Under the pieces are notes generated by a model. The model made no database searches. It saw only the letters and a list, made by a program, of their open reading frames with translations, and was not told the origin of the DNA. A stretch of DNA of 45,346 nucleotides from Candidatus Falkowbacteria bacterium RIFCSPLOWO2_12_FULL_45_13 (GTDB lineage Bacteria > Patescibacteriota > Patescibacteriia > Patescibacteriales > GWC2-42-12). Made by a program: the position numbers and the translations under genes. Positions 19,577-29,934 of this stretch are shown one piece after another; the first letter of the stretch is position 1; each line of letters opens with the position of its first letter. The stretch lies in assembly GCA_001778055.1 (NCBI GenBank), contig MFFY01000004.1, positions 1 through 45,346 of the forward strand, written 5' to 3'.

Positions 19577-21799
19577 GTGAACAAATTCGTGCTACTCAAA
19601 ACTATTATCAAAGGTGCTTCCTTATTTGTTTTTTGTGCCTCGTTTGTTTTACTGTTGGATGGCATGTTTTTTTTTCGACTGGCTGCGCCTTCTCTCAAGC
19701 AGGTGCTAGATCAACAGCATTTGTCGTCACAACATCTTCGTTCAATGTTTCCCGCTTGGCTGGCTATGCTGGCAGTATCTTTTTCTTTCTTCTCGGGGGT
19801 TCAGCTTTATGAAACATTTAAGGGTCGAAAAAATAGCCCCAAATTATTTTCGGACGTGGAACAAACAGTCCGGAAACCAAAAGTGATCCACGGTTCGTCC
19901 TTGCTGACGGAGTATGATGTTTTTCTATTTAAGGAAGGGAACCACTCCAGGCTCCAGGACAAGCTGGGCGCGCATTTGTTGACAGTTGACGGCCAACCTG
20001 GAGTGTATTTTGCTGTTTGGGCGCCAAACGCGGAAAAAGTTTCTCTGGTCGGCGATTTCAACTACTGGAACCCTGAAACTCATCTGCTGGCGCCGCGCTG
20101 GGATGATTCAGGTATCTGGGAAGGTTTTATCCCCGAGCTTAAGGATCATTCGCTTTACAAATATCATATTACTTCCAAATATAATGGTTCTCGGATCGAA
20201 AAAGGTGATCCCTATGCCTTTTTCTGGGAAATCGCGCCGCGCACGGCCTCTATAGTTTGGTCGCTGGATTATCAGTGGGGGGATGATGCGTGGATGCGCC
20301 AAAGGCGCCAGGCAAATGCTTTGAACGCGCCGATATCAGTTTATGAGGTTCATATAGGTTCGTGGCGAAGGGTGCCGGAGGAGGGAGACCGTTCCCTCAA
20401 TTATCGGGAAATGGCCCATCATCTGGCAGATTATTGCAAGCAGACGGGATTTACCCATGTTGAGTTCCTTCCGGTTATGGAGCATCCATTCTATGGTTCC
20501 TGGGGATATCAGACCACAGGTTATTTTGCGCCAACCAGCCGCTATGGCACACCGCAGGATTTTATGTACCTGGTCGACCATCTGCATCAAAACGGCATTG
20601 GTGTGATCCTGGACTGGGTGCCTTCGCATTTTCCATCCGACCAACACGGCCTTGCATATTTTGACGGCACCCATCTTTATGAACATGAAGATCCTAAACA
20701 AGGTTTCCACCCCGACTGGAAGAGTTGTATTTTTAATTATGGCCGCAACGAGGTTAAAGGCTTCCTGATTAGTAGTGCCCTGTTTTGGTTGGAGAAATAT
20801 CACATCGACTGTATCAGAATTGATGCCGTTGCCTCCATGATCTACTTGGACTATTCCAGGAAAGAAGGGGAATGGATCCCCAATGAACATGGTGAGCGGG
20901 AGAATCTGGAAGCCATGCGCTTCCTGCAGCGGCTCAATAAGGTTGTTTATAGTGAACAACCGGACGTACAAACTATTGCCGAGGAATCAACTGCCTGGCC
21001 CATGGTAACACGGCCAATTGATATGGGTGGGCTGGGTTTTGGCCTTAAATGGAACATGGGTTGGATGCATGACACGCTCAAGTATATTTCCCAGGACCCG
21101 ATCTTTCGCAGGTATCACCAGGATCAATTATCTTTCAGTCTCTGGTACGCTTTTTTTGAGAACTTCATGCTTTCTTTGTCTCATGATGAAGTGGTCCATG
21201 GCAAAGGTTCAATGTTTGGCAAGATGCCGGGCGACGATTGGCAAAAATTCGCTAACCTGCGGCTGCTTTATGGTTACATGTTTGGTCATCCCGGCAAGAA
21301 ACTGCTTTTCATGGGCTGTGAATTTGGTCAGTGGAAAGAATGGTCCCATGAAGAAAGCCTGGAATGGCACGCGCTCAATTTTGACCCGCACCAGCAGCTG
21401 CTGCGCTGGGTCAGCGACCTGAATTATCTGTATCGGGCTGAGCCGTCTCTTTTTGAAAATGACTTTTGCCAGGACGGCTTTGAATGGATTGACTTCGGCG
21501 ACCACCAAAACAGTGTCATCAGTTTTATTCGCAAAGGGCGCTCCAATGGTGATATCATGTTGGTGGTTTGTAATTTTACTCCAGTGCCCCGAATAAATTA
21601 CCGGGTTGGTGTGCCGGCTGATGGTTTCTGGCAGGAAAAGCTGAATAGCGATGCCAGGGAATATGGCGGCAGTGGCTTGGGCAACTTTGGTGGTTTTGCG
21701 GCCGATTCGGTGCCAGCGCACGGCAGGCCTTTTTCTCTAAATTTAACGCTCCCACCGCTGGGAGTTGTTTTTTTTAAGAGTTCAGTAAGCAAAAGATGA
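19577..21799 (+). CDS. glgB: 1,4-alpha-glucan branching enzyme (GH13), with an unusual hydrophobic N-terminal extension; start uncertain
   Basis: Core begins at [22 protein letters not shown]. Also [56 protein letters not shown]. Candidate starts: ATG 19517, GTG 19577, ATG 19664, ATG 19745. The frame has no stop from 19430. Confidence 0.9.
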   Translation: MNKFVLLKTIIKGASLFVFCASFVLLLDGMFFFRLAAPSLKQVLDQQHLSSQHLRSMFPAWLAMLAVSFSFFSGVQLYETFKGRKNSPKLFSDVEQTVRKPKVIHGSSLLTEYDVFLFKEGNHSRLQDKLGAHLLTVDGQPGVYFAVWAPNAEKVSLVGDFNYWNPETHLLAPRWDDSGIWEGFIPELKDHSLYKYHITSKYNGSRIEKGDPYAFFWEIAPRTASIVWSLDYQWGDDAWMRQRRQANALNAPISVYEVHIGSWRRVPEEGDRSLNYREMAHHLADYCKQTGFTHVEFLPVMEHPFYGSWGYQTTGYFAPTSRYGTPQDFMYLVDHLHQNGIGVILDWVPSHFPSDQHGLAYFDGTHLYEHEDPKQGFHPDWKSCIFNYGRNEVKGFLISSALFWLEKYHIDCIRIDAVASMIYLDYSRKEGEWIPNEHGERENLEAMRFLQRLNKVVYSEQPDVQTIAEESTAWPMVTRPIDMGGLGFGLKWNMGWMHDTLKYISQDPIFRRYHQDQLSFSLWYAFFENFMLSLSHDEVVHGKGSMFGKMPGDDWQKFANLRLLYGYMFGHPGKKLLFMGCEFGQWKEWSHEESLEWHALNFDPHQQLLRWVSDLNYLYRAEPSLFENDFCQDGFEWIDFGDHQNSVISFIRKGRSNGDIMLVVCNFTPVPRINYRVGVPADGFWQEKLNSDAREYGGSGLGNFGGFAADSVPAHGRPFSLNLTLPPLGVVFFKSSVSKR

Positions 21800-24303
21800 A
21801 GGCGGCAATATTAGCGGGTGGATTAGGCACCAGGCTTCACCCTTTAACAGTTGATCTTCCCAAGCCAATGATGCCCATGGCCAATCGGCCGATCATGAGC
21901 TATTTAATGGAGCTTTTGGCCAGGCATGGTTTTGCTGACCTTTGCGTTTTGCTTTATCACCAACCAGAAGTGATCAAGGATCATTTTAAAGACGGGGGAG
22001 AATTTGGCGTAACCATAAAATATGTTGAAGCCACTAAGGATTTTGGCACGGCTGGCGCGATCAGGCTTGCTTATCCTAATCTTAAGGAGCCGCTGCTGGT
22101 TATTAGCGCCGATTTGATCACTGACATTAATCTGGCCGCGGCGCTAGATTTTCACCGGCAAAAAAAATCTCTGGCCACGATGGTGCTAACCAGAGTACAA
22201 AATCCGCTTCCCTATGGCATTGTTATTACTGATGATGAAGGGCGCATAAAAAAGTTTCTGGAAAAACCAACCCCGAGCGAAGTCTTCTCTGACACGATCA
22301 ATGCGGGTATTTACGTGCTGGAACCCAAAGCGGTTGCTCGTATCCCGGCGCAGAAACAGTTTGATTTCAGTTGTGACTTTTTTCCGGCCCTGCTAAAAGA
22401 GCAGCAAATTATTTACGGCTATGTGGCCGAGGGATATTGGAAAGATATCGGCAAGATAGAAGAGTATCGTCAAGCCCATTATGATTTGCTTAATGGCCAA
22501 GTTAAGGTTAACCTCGAAGGGAATAGATATAAGCAAAGCAGGTTCATTGTTGGTGACAATGTTCAGCTTCCTGGTTCGGTGGTGTTGGAGGGGGTAGGGA
22601 TGATTGGCGATAACACGCTTGTTGGCGAAAATGTGATTTTAATGGATACGATTATTGGCAGCGATTGTAAGATTGCCAGGGATAGCGAATTAAGGGCAAC
22701 CATTGTCTGGCGCGGGACAGATATTGGTCCGGAAGCCAGGTTGGAAAAAGCCATCGTTTGTAATGACGTCAAAATTGGCTCTTTGGTTTATATTCAGGAA
22801 GGAGCGGTAGTCGGTGGTGAAACAGAGATTGGCTGCGAAGCGGTTATTTATCCCTTTATCAAGGTTTGGCCACGCAAAGTGATTGAGGAAAAATCGAGAG
22901 TTTCCCGTTCGGTTATCTGGCGGGAGCGCTGGACCAGATCAATTTTTGGCCAGCACGGCGTAACCGGTCTATGCAATGTTGAGATTACGCCGCAGTTTGC
23001 CGTGGCGCTGGGTGCGGCCTATGGCTCGGTTGTGGGTAAGGGGAGCATTATTTCCTGTAGCCGGGACAGCCACAAAGCCTCACGTATGATCTTTCAGGCC
23101 CTGATCTCCGGCGTTTTAGCCACGGGGGTTAATCTCTCTGACTTGGAAATGGTCCCTATTCCAGTTAACCGTTTTGAGGTGCGCTCGCTCAAGTCAAAAG
23201 GGGGATTTCATGTTCGGAAATCGCCTTTTGATACGGAGGTCATCGACATAAAATTCTTTGATGAGCGAGGTTTGGACATTAGCTCGGCGGTTGAGAAAAA
23301 AATCGAGCGTAATTTTTTTGGCGAAGATTTTGTCCGAAGCAATGTCAAAACGGTCGGCGAATTAACTTTTCCCATCCATAAAGTGACCGAGGAGTACCGG
23401 ACAAGGCTTTTAGCGTGTTTGGATACCCGGGCGGTTGCCGGCTCAAAAATAAAATTGGCCATTGATTATGCTTATGGCTCCGCCGCGCAGCTTTTTCCTT
23501 CAATTCTAGGAGAATTAGGATTGAAGGTTGTTTCTCTTGACGCTTACATTGATGAAACTAAAATAACCAAGGACCGGAAAACTTTTGAAAAATCCTGGAG
23601 CCAAATGACCCAGATAGTAAAAAATCTGAATATTGGTCTTGGGGTTGTCATGGATACCGGTTCAGAAAAGATTTTTCTCTGCGACGAAAAAGGCAGGATG
23701 ATCGATGGCAGCCAAGCGCTGGCCATGATGGCTCTGTTGACCTTGAAATTGAACAAGCATGCGATTATTGCCGTACCGGTCAAAGAATCCAAAGCTATTG
23801 ATGAATTGGCGCGCCAATACAAGGGTAAGGTTATTAGGACCGGCAACAGCCCTCGGGCTATGATGGAAGTTGCTGAGTCTGGACAGGCGATTTTTCTGGG
23901 AGAGAGTCAGGGCGGGTTTATTTTTCCTGATTTCATGCCGTGCTTTGACGGAATGTATTCGGTTTGTAAACTGGTTGAATTTTTGGCCAGAGCGAAGGTA
24001 CGGCTTTCCGATCTGGTGGCGGAACTGCCTGTTATTAGGCTGGTTAGCCTGGATATTCCTTGTTCCCAGGAAAAAATGGGTTTGGTGATGCGCTTTGCAA
24101 TTGAGCAAGCCAGGAAAACCGAAAAAATAGAAATGATTGACGGCCTTAAGTTTTGGCAGGGCGACGACTGGATATTGGTCTTGCCGGATACCACGCGGCC
24201 GGAGATCCATTTGTCTGCTGAAGCCGCGACTGAAAAACGCGCGCGTTTGCTTTTGGCTAAGTACCAAAAAATGATTGAATCGATTAAGGAGGGAAAAATA
24301 TGA
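21796..24303 (+). CDS. Sugar-1-phosphate nucleotidyltransferase (NTP_transferase plus left-handed beta-helix) fused to a phosphoglucomutase/phosphomannomutase-like domain
   Basis: N-terminus [24 protein letters not shown]. Hexapeptide-repeat middle region. C-terminal half aligns with PGM/PMM (FGQHGVTG..., GESQGGFIF), but three catalytic loops deviate; see findings. Occupies the glgC position between glgB and glgA. Confidence 0.85.
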   Translation: MKAAILAGGLGTRLHPLTVDLPKPMMPMANRPIMSYLMELLARHGFADLCVLLYHQPEVIKDHFKDGGEFGVTIKYVEATKDFGTAGAIRLAYPNLKEPLLVISADLITDINLAAALDFHRQKKSLATMVLTRVQNPLPYGIVITDDEGRIKKFLEKPTPSEVFSDTINAGIYVLEPKAVARIPAQKQFDFSCDFFPALLKEQQIIYGYVAEGYWKDIGKIEEYRQAHYDLLNGQVKVNLEGNRYKQSRFIVGDNVQLPGSVVLEGVGMIGDNTLVGENVILMDTIIGSDCKIARDSELRATIVWRGTDIGPEARLEKAIVCNDVKIGSLVYIQEGAVVGGETEIGCEAVIYPFIKVWPRKVIEEKSRVSRSVIWRERWTRSIFGQHGVTGLCNVEITPQFAVALGAAYGSVVGKGSIISCSRDSHKASRMIFQALISGVLATGVNLSDLEMVPIPVNRFEVRSLKSKGGFHVRKSPFDTEVIDIKFFDERGLDISSAVEKKIERNFFGEDFVRSNVKTVGELTFPIHKVTEEYRTRLLACLDTRAVAGSKIKLAIDYAYGSAAQLFPSILGELGLKVVSLDAYIDETKITKDRKTFEKSWSQMTQIVKNLNIGLGVVMDTGSEKIFLCDEKGRMIDGSQALAMMALLTLKLNKHAIIAVPVKESKAIDELARQYKGKVIRTGNSPRAMMEVAESGQAIFLGESQGGFIFPDFMPCFDGMYSVCKLVEFLARAKVRLSDLVAELPVIRLVSLDIPCSQEKMGLVMRFAIEQARKTEKIEMIDGLKFWQGDDWILVLPDTTRPEIHLSAEAATEKRARLLLAKYQKMIESIKEGKI

Positions 24304-25706
24304 AGATACTGTTTGTTTCGTCGGAGGTTGTCCCTTTTGCCAAGACCGGAGGACTGGCTGATGTGGCCGGCGCCTTACCCAAGGCTTTAAAAGAGTTGGG
24401 ACACGATATCAGGCTCTTTATGCCGCGCTATAAAAAAATCGAGGCGGCCAATTTCGGTTTAAAGAAGGTTTCAGAGGAGATTTGGGAGGGAAAAATTCCC
24501 GGATCAGACGTTGTTATCTATTTTTATGAAAATGAAAAATATTTCGGCGGCCGTGAAGAATTGTACCAGGTAAAAGGTGTTGATTACGAAGATAACCTGG
24601 AAAGATTCGCGGCTTTTTGCCAGGCAACGCTCCGGCTGCCGAAAGCTTTGAATTGGACACCGGAAATTATTCATTGCAACGACTGGCAATCAGCCTTGAT
24701 TGCCGCTTACGTTAAGCTCGGCAGTGAGCCGATCTATAGCCGGATCGGGGTTGTCTATTCAATTCACAATATGGGTTATCTGGGTCTCTTCCCCAAGGAA
24801 AAAATGCCGGCCACCGGGTTGGGTTGGGATCAGTTCTCTACCGACAAACTGGAATTTTGGGGCAAAATTGCGCTGTCCAAGGCGGGCTTTATTTACGCGG
24901 ATGTTATTAACACAGTTTCACAGACTTATGCCAAAGAGATCCAGACCGAAGAATATGGCCATGGGCTGGACGGCCTGATTCGGCATCGCAGCCGAGACGT
25001 TTATGGTATTGTCAACGGCTTGGATTACGATGTTTGGAACCCGGCAACTGACAAAAATATCCCCCAGCGTTATTCCACGATTTCGCTTTTGGGTAAGGCG
25101 GCAAACAAGGCTGCCCTGCAAAAGCAGAACAACCTGCCGCAAAAAAAGGAAACTCCGGTGATCGGCATGATAACGCGTCTGGCTGACCAGAAGGGCCTGG
25201 ATATTTTAGCCGGCGCGCTTGACGAAATCATGAAACTAAAATGCCAGTTTATTGTTTTGGGAACAGGTGACCCACAGTATCATGAGCTATTAACGCGGGC
25301 CAAGCAAAAATATCCGGATTACATCGGTGCCAACCTTAAGTTTGACGCCATGCAGGCCCAGCTGATCTATGCCGGCTCTGACATGTTCCTGATGCCATCG
25401 CGCTATGAACCTTGTGGGCTGGGGCAGTTGATCAGCTTTAAATATGGCACGATCCCGATCGTGCGAAAAACTGGCGGATTGGCTGATACGGTGCATAATT
25501 TTATCAGCAAAACAGGGGAAGGCGACGGTTTTGTCTTTCAGGAATACAGTTCGGCTGCTTTGCTGGATGCAGTTAAGCGCGCCATGGCTGCGTATAAGAA
25601 GAAGACGCTCTGGAAAAAATTGGTTGAGAAGGTAATGGACTATGATTATTCGTGGGGCACCTCGGCTAAACATTACCAGGAACTTTATGCCAGGGCTCGT
25701 AAGTAA
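24300..25706 (+). CDS. glgA: Glycogen synthase (GT5)
   Basis: [61 protein letters not shown]. Confidence 0.93.
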   Translation: MKILFVSSEVVPFAKTGGLADVAGALPKALKELGHDIRLFMPRYKKIEAANFGLKKVSEEIWEGKIPGSDVVIYFYENEKYFGGREELYQVKGVDYEDNLERFAAFCQATLRLPKALNWTPEIIHCNDWQSALIAAYVKLGSEPIYSRIGVVYSIHNMGYLGLFPKEKMPATGLGWDQFSTDKLEFWGKIALSKAGFIYADVINTVSQTYAKEIQTEEYGHGLDGLIRHRSRDVYGIVNGLDYDVWNPATDKNIPQRYSTISLLGKAANKAALQKQNNLPQKKETPVIGMITRLADQKGLDILAGALDEIMKLKCQFIVLGTGDPQYHELLTRAKQKYPDYIGANLKFDAMQAQLIYAGSDMFLMPSRYEPCGLGQLISFKYGTIPIVRKTGGLADTVHNFISKTGEGDGFVFQEYSSAALLDAVKRAMAAYKKKTLWKKLVEKVMDYDYSWGTSAKHYQELYARARK

Positions 25707-25712
25707 AGGGGC

Positions 25713-25741
25713 TTGACTTTGTCATGACGGAAGATTAGAAT
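25713..25741 (+). promoter_or_regulatory. Internal sigma70-type promoter ahead of the wHTH-GH57-malQ genes
   Basis: TTGACT (25713-25718), exactly 17 nt, TAGAAT (25736-25741). Followed by AAGGAGG (25758-25764) and ATG 25770. Confidence 0.45.
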
Positions 25742-25769
25742 TCTATTCGGTTGTTATAAGGAGGAATAT

Positions 25770-26000
25770 ATGCAAGAACAAATCGGGCGAACGGCGGGAA
25801 AAGTTTGGGAAACCCTGGGACAAAAAGGTGAAATTAATATGGAGATGCTGCCCAAAGTGATCAAAGAAAAAAGTGAAGTAACTTTTCAGGCTCTGGGTTG
25901 GCTGGCTCACGAAGGCAAGATCATTTACCATAAGAAGGGAGACAAAAGCTTCGTAGCGCTTTCGCTGCCTGAACAAGAGGTTTTTAAGACTGCCCATTGA
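25770..26000 (+). CDS. Small winged-helix protein (DUF2582-like)
   Basis: 76 aa with a strong SD. The pattern IGRTAGKVWETL...G.......L.........ALGWLAHEGKI matches my recollection of the DUF2582 wHTH family. Confidence 0.65.
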   Translation: MQEQIGRTAGKVWETLGQKGEINMEMLPKVIKEKSEVTFQALGWLAHEGKIIYHKKGDKSFVALSLPEQEVFKTAH

Positions 26001-28429
26001 GCCGATATGTATGTATCCATGGCCATTTTTATCAGCCTCCGAGAGAGAATCCCTGGCTGGAAGAGATTGAGCTTCAGGAGTCGGCTTATCCTTATCACGA
26101 CTGGAATCAACGCGTAACCGCTGAGTGCTATGCTCCCAATGTTGCTTCTCGCATCCTTAATCACGACAACAAAATCATTAATATTATTAACAACTATTCA
26201 AAAATCAGTTTTAATTTTGGGCCCACTCTTCTTTCCTGGCTGGACAAAAAAGAGCCGGATGTATATTCCGCCATCCTGGATGCTGACATTTTAAGTCAGC
26301 AAAATTTTACCGGCCACGGTTCAGCCCTAGCCCAGGTCTACAACCATATGATTATGCCATTAGCCAATAGCCGTGATAAGGAAACACAGATTGTTTGGGG
26401 GATCAAGGATTTTGAATATCGCTTTAAGCGGAAACCCGAAGGTATGTGGCTGGCGGAAACTGCCGTCGATCTAGAAACCCTGGAACTTATGGCAAAACAT
26501 GGCATCCGGTTCACGATTCTGGCGCCAAACCAGGCTAAACGGATCCGTAAGATAGGCAGTAAAAGCTGGAGGGATGTTAGCGGTGGACGAGTTAACCCCA
26601 AATCTCCCTATTTGGTCAATCTTTCGTCCGGCCAAAAAATAGTGATTTTTTTCTATGATGGGCCCGTCTCTCAGGACGTGGCTTTTGCCGGTTTGTTGAA
26701 TAACGGCGAGAACTTTGGCAACCGGCTGGCCGGTGCTTTTGTGGATCAAGAAAATGAACCACAGCTGGTGCACATTGCTACTGATGGCGAGTCTTACGGC
26801 CACCATCACCGGAACGGGGAAATGGCGCTTTCCTATTGTCTATATCATATCGAGAATAATGGTTTGGCTGAGTTAACCAATTATGGCGCTTATCTGGCAG
26901 AGAACGAACCAGTATATGAAGCCGAGATCTTTGAGAATTCGTCCTGGAGCTGCGCCCATGGCGTGGAGCGTTGGAAAGCTGATTGCGGCTGCAATTCCGG
27001 CTGTCATCAGGGTTGGCGCCAGCAATGGCGCGCCCCGCTCAGGCAGGCGATGGATTGGTTAAGGGACGAATTGGTCAAGATTTACGAGCTGGAGATGTCG
27101 ACACTGGTCAAGGATCCCTGGCGGGCAAGGAATGATTATATTGAAGTTATTCTAAATCGATCCGAAGAAAACAATGAACTGTTCCTGACCAGGCAAGCGG
27201 GCGCGAAACTTGCCTGGCAGAAACAGGTCAAGGCGCGGCAGTTGCTGGAGATGCAGCGTTATGCCATGCTCATGTTCACGAGTTGCGGTTGGTTTTTTGA
27301 CGACGTTTCAGGGATAGAGACCGTTCAGATCATACTTTATGCCTCACGGGCTATCCAGCTGGCGCAAGAGATAAGCGGAATTAATTTTGAGTCAGCTTTT
27401 GTGAAAAAACTGGAACAGGCCTCGGGCAATCTGCCTGCTCTTGCCAATGGCGCAGAGGCTTACAAAAGGTATGTCAAGCCCGAAATCCTTGACCTTTCGA
27501 GAGTTGGTGCGCATTACGCGATTTCTTCCCTGTTTGAGGATTATCCTGCCAATGTCAAGCTCTTTTGCTACTGGGTAGACAAACAATCTTTTGAGCGGTT
27601 GGAGAAAAACAACGCAAAACTGGCGGTGGGTAAGGCACACATCTATTCAACCCTGACGGCAGAAGAGCTTGATGTCTGCTTTGCTGTCGTGCATTTGGGT
27701 GGCGAAGAATTTTTTGGCGGGGTCAATTATTGCGGCAAAAACGGCAATTTTGATGACATGGTTAAAAGGATCAAAGAAGTCTTTTTAACCGATGGCCGAG
27801 AAAAAGTTAAATCTTTACTTGACGATTATTTTATCCACAATAATTATTCGCTCCGACATCTCTTTTGTGATGAACAGCGAAAGATCCTTAGTCTGGTAGC
27901 CAAGCCGGCTTTTGAAGAGATTAAAGAGTCGCTGCGCCTGATCTTTGAGAAACATTACCAGACTATCCGAGGCATGAACAAGCTGCGGATCCACCTGCCG
28001 ATGGCGCTTTATACTACGGCCAAATTTGTGATCAATAATGAGCTACGGCAATTGCTGGAGGCGGACGAATTTAATCATGCCCGTTTTCAAAAAGTTGTCG
28101 AAGAGTTCAAGGACTGGCCGATAAAACTGGACCGCAAAACCATTATCTATCATGCTTCGCTGGTGATCAATCGCCTGGTGGAAAAGTGTTTTGCTTTTCC
28201 CGAGAATATCAATTGGCTTAAGCAGGTTAATTTGACACTCCAGGTTTTTCTTGGCCCGCCGTTGGGGTTGAACCTTAATCTTTGGCGAGCCCAAAATCTT
28301 TATTTTAAGATTGGTCAAAAACTTTATGCCGTGATGTCAAATAAAGAAGCTAAGGGATCAGAAGACGCCAGTCGCTGGAGACAGGAATTTGATAGGTTGG
28401 GAGAATATCTTAAAGTCAGGGTTAGATAA
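25997..28429 (+). CDS. Glycoside hydrolase family 57 protein with a long C-terminal DUF3536-like region
   Basis: TTG start overlapping the upstream stop. N-terminus YVCIHGHFYQPPRENPW. Also MWLAETAV, HIATDGESYGHHH and WSCAHGVERW..DCGC. Confidence 0.85.
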   Translation: MSRYVCIHGHFYQPPRENPWLEEIELQESAYPYHDWNQRVTAECYAPNVASRILNHDNKIINIINNYSKISFNFGPTLLSWLDKKEPDVYSAILDADILSQQNFTGHGSALAQVYNHMIMPLANSRDKETQIVWGIKDFEYRFKRKPEGMWLAETAVDLETLELMAKHGIRFTILAPNQAKRIRKIGSKSWRDVSGGRVNPKSPYLVNLSSGQKIVIFFYDGPVSQDVAFAGLLNNGENFGNRLAGAFVDQENEPQLVHIATDGESYGHHHRNGEMALSYCLYHIENNGLAELTNYGAYLAENEPVYEAEIFENSSWSCAHGVERWKADCGCNSGCHQGWRQQWRAPLRQAMDWLRDELVKIYELEMSTLVKDPWRARNDYIEVILNRSEENNELFLTRQAGAKLAWQKQVKARQLLEMQRYAMLMFTSCGWFFDDVSGIETVQIILYASRAIQLAQEISGINFESAFVKKLEQASGNLPALANGAEAYKRYVKPEILDLSRVGAHYAISSLFEDYPANVKLFCYWVDKQSFERLEKNNAKLAVGKAHIYSTLTAEELDVCFAVVHLGGEEFFGGVNYCGKNGNFDDMVKRIKEVFLTDGREKVKSLLDDYFIHNNYSLRHLFCDEQRKILSLVAKPAFEEIKESLRLIFEKHYQTIRGMNKLRIHLPMALYTTAKFVINNELRQLLEADEFNHARFQKVVEEFKDWPIKLDRKTIIYHASLVINRLVEKCFAFPENINWLKQVNLTLQVFLGPPLGLNLNLWRAQNLYFKIGQKLYAVMSNKEAKGSEDASRWRQEFDRLGEYLKVRVR

Positions 28430-29934
28430 TGATCAGAGATCGTGGCAGCGGGATTTTATTGCATATTACCTCTTTACCGTCGCCTTATGGTATTGGCGAC
28501 CTGGGCCCGGGGGCTTTTAGTTTTGCTGATTTTTTGGCTAAGGCTGGTCAATCCTTTTGGCAGGTTTTGCCGCTTTGCCCCACGGATTCGGCCAGTGGCA
28601 ACTCTCCTTACAGCAGCAATTCGGCTTTTGCCGGAAATATCTTGTTAATCAGTCCTGAGCTGCTGGTGGTGGACGGATTTTTATCCCAAAAGGAATTGAA
28701 GACCGCGTCTGATCTTCCGGCCGATTGCTCCGATTATCAAGAGGCCATCCCATACAAAATCAAGTTACTGGACCTGGCTTATGATAATTTCCGTCGCGGC
28801 AAAAAACTGCGCCAGGAGTTCTCGGGTTTTTGTTTGGCCAATTCCTCCTGGCTGGATAATTTTGCCGTTTTTGTGGTATTAAAGACGAAGCGCTTTGGTT
28901 GGACTGCCTGGGGCAGTTGGGATAGCGCTTTGCGTGATCGTCAGCCGAAGCAGCTTGAGGCGGCCAAGCGGGAGTATGTCCAGGCCATTGAACGCGAAAA
29001 GTTCTTTCAATACATTTTTTATAAGCAATGGTCTGAATTGCGAAAATATTGTAATAGCAAAGGCGTTAAGTTGATTGGGGATATCCCGATCTATGTTTCT
29101 TATGACAGCGCGGATGTTTGGGAACACAGACAAATTTTTAAACTGGACGAGAACGGACAGTTAGCCGCCTTGGCCGGTGTGCCGCCGGATTATTTTAGCC
29201 GGACCGGACAATTGTGGGGTAATCCAGTTTATCGCTGGGAGGTACTTAAACAGCAGTCATATAAATGGTGGTTGCAGCGGCTGGAGCATAACCTGGGTCT
29301 TTATGATGTGGTTAGGATTGATCACTTTCGCGGTTTTGTCAGCTATTGGGAAGTACCGGCGGGAGAAGTAACCGCGGTTAACGGCCGCTGGGTCAAAGCC
29401 CCGGCAGAAGATTTCTTTGCTGCGGCAATCCGGAAGCTGCCGGACCTGGATTTAATCGCTGAAGATCTGGGCACTATTACCGATGAGGTCAAGGAAATCA
29501 TGACGCAGTTTGGCTTTCCCGGCATGAAGATATTACTGTTCGCTTTTGGCGAGGACTTGAAAAAACACCCTTATTTGCCGCACAATTATTCTGAAAACTG
29601 CGTGGTTTATACCGGCACCCATGACAATAGTACAGTTAGAGGCTGGTACGAAAACATAGCTTTGCCTCACGAGAAAAAAAATCTGGCTGAGTACCTGGGC
29701 CATTGTCCATCACCTGGCCAGGTTAATTGGGATTTGATTAAACTGGCGCTAAACTCCGAAGCTAAGCTTTCGATTTTTCCGCTACAGGATATTCTCGGCT
29801 TAGGCAATGAAGCCAGGATGAATGTCCCCTCCCAAAGCCACGGCAACTGGCAGTGGCGGGTTTTGGCCAGCCAACTCGATCGCTCAATTGCCGAGCGCTT
29901 GCGGCAATTAACCATATTGTCCAAGCGAGATTGA
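28429..29934 (+). CDS. malQ: 4-alpha-glucanotransferase (amylomaltase, GH77)
   Basis: GILLHITSLPS.YGIGDLG, WQVLPL, GDIPIYV, VVRIDHFRGF, AEDLG, YTGTHDN. Confidence 0.92.
   Translation: MIRDRGSGILLHITSLPSPYGIGDLGPGAFSFADFLAKAGQSFWQVLPLCPTDSASGNSPYSSNSAFAGNILLISPELLVVDGFLSQKELKTASDLPADCSDYQEAIPYKIKLLDLAYDNFRRGKKLRQEFSGFCLANSSWLDNFAVFVVLKTKRFGWTAWGSWDSALRDRQPKQLEAAKREYVQAIEREKFFQYIFYKQWSELRKYCNSKGVKLIGDIPIYVSYDSADVWEHRQIFKLDENGQLAALAGVPPDYFSRTGQLWGNPVYRWEVLKQQSYKWWLQRLEHNLGLYDVVRIDHFRGFVSYWEVPAGEVTAVNGRWVKAPAEDFFAAAIRKLPDLDLIAEDLGTITDEVKEIMTQFGFPGMKILLFAFGEDLKKHPYLPHNYSENCVVYTGTHDNSTVRGWYENIALPHEKKNLAEYLGHCPSPGQVNWDLIKLALNSEAKLSIFPLQDILGLGNEARMNVPSQSHGNWQWRVLASQLDRSIAERLRQLTILSKRD

Noticed and set aside
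20336-20971. 211-aa antisense ORF inside glgB. Similar long antisense ORFs occur at 21209-21721, 23662-24267, 15216-15707, 12195-12671, 33909-34418, 35848-37511 and 43015-43542.
   Set aside because: All lie fully within genes that have strong family motifs on the opposite strand. Their sequences are low-complexity or Arg/Ser/Pro-rich and they lack SD sequences. They are typical shadow ORFs.
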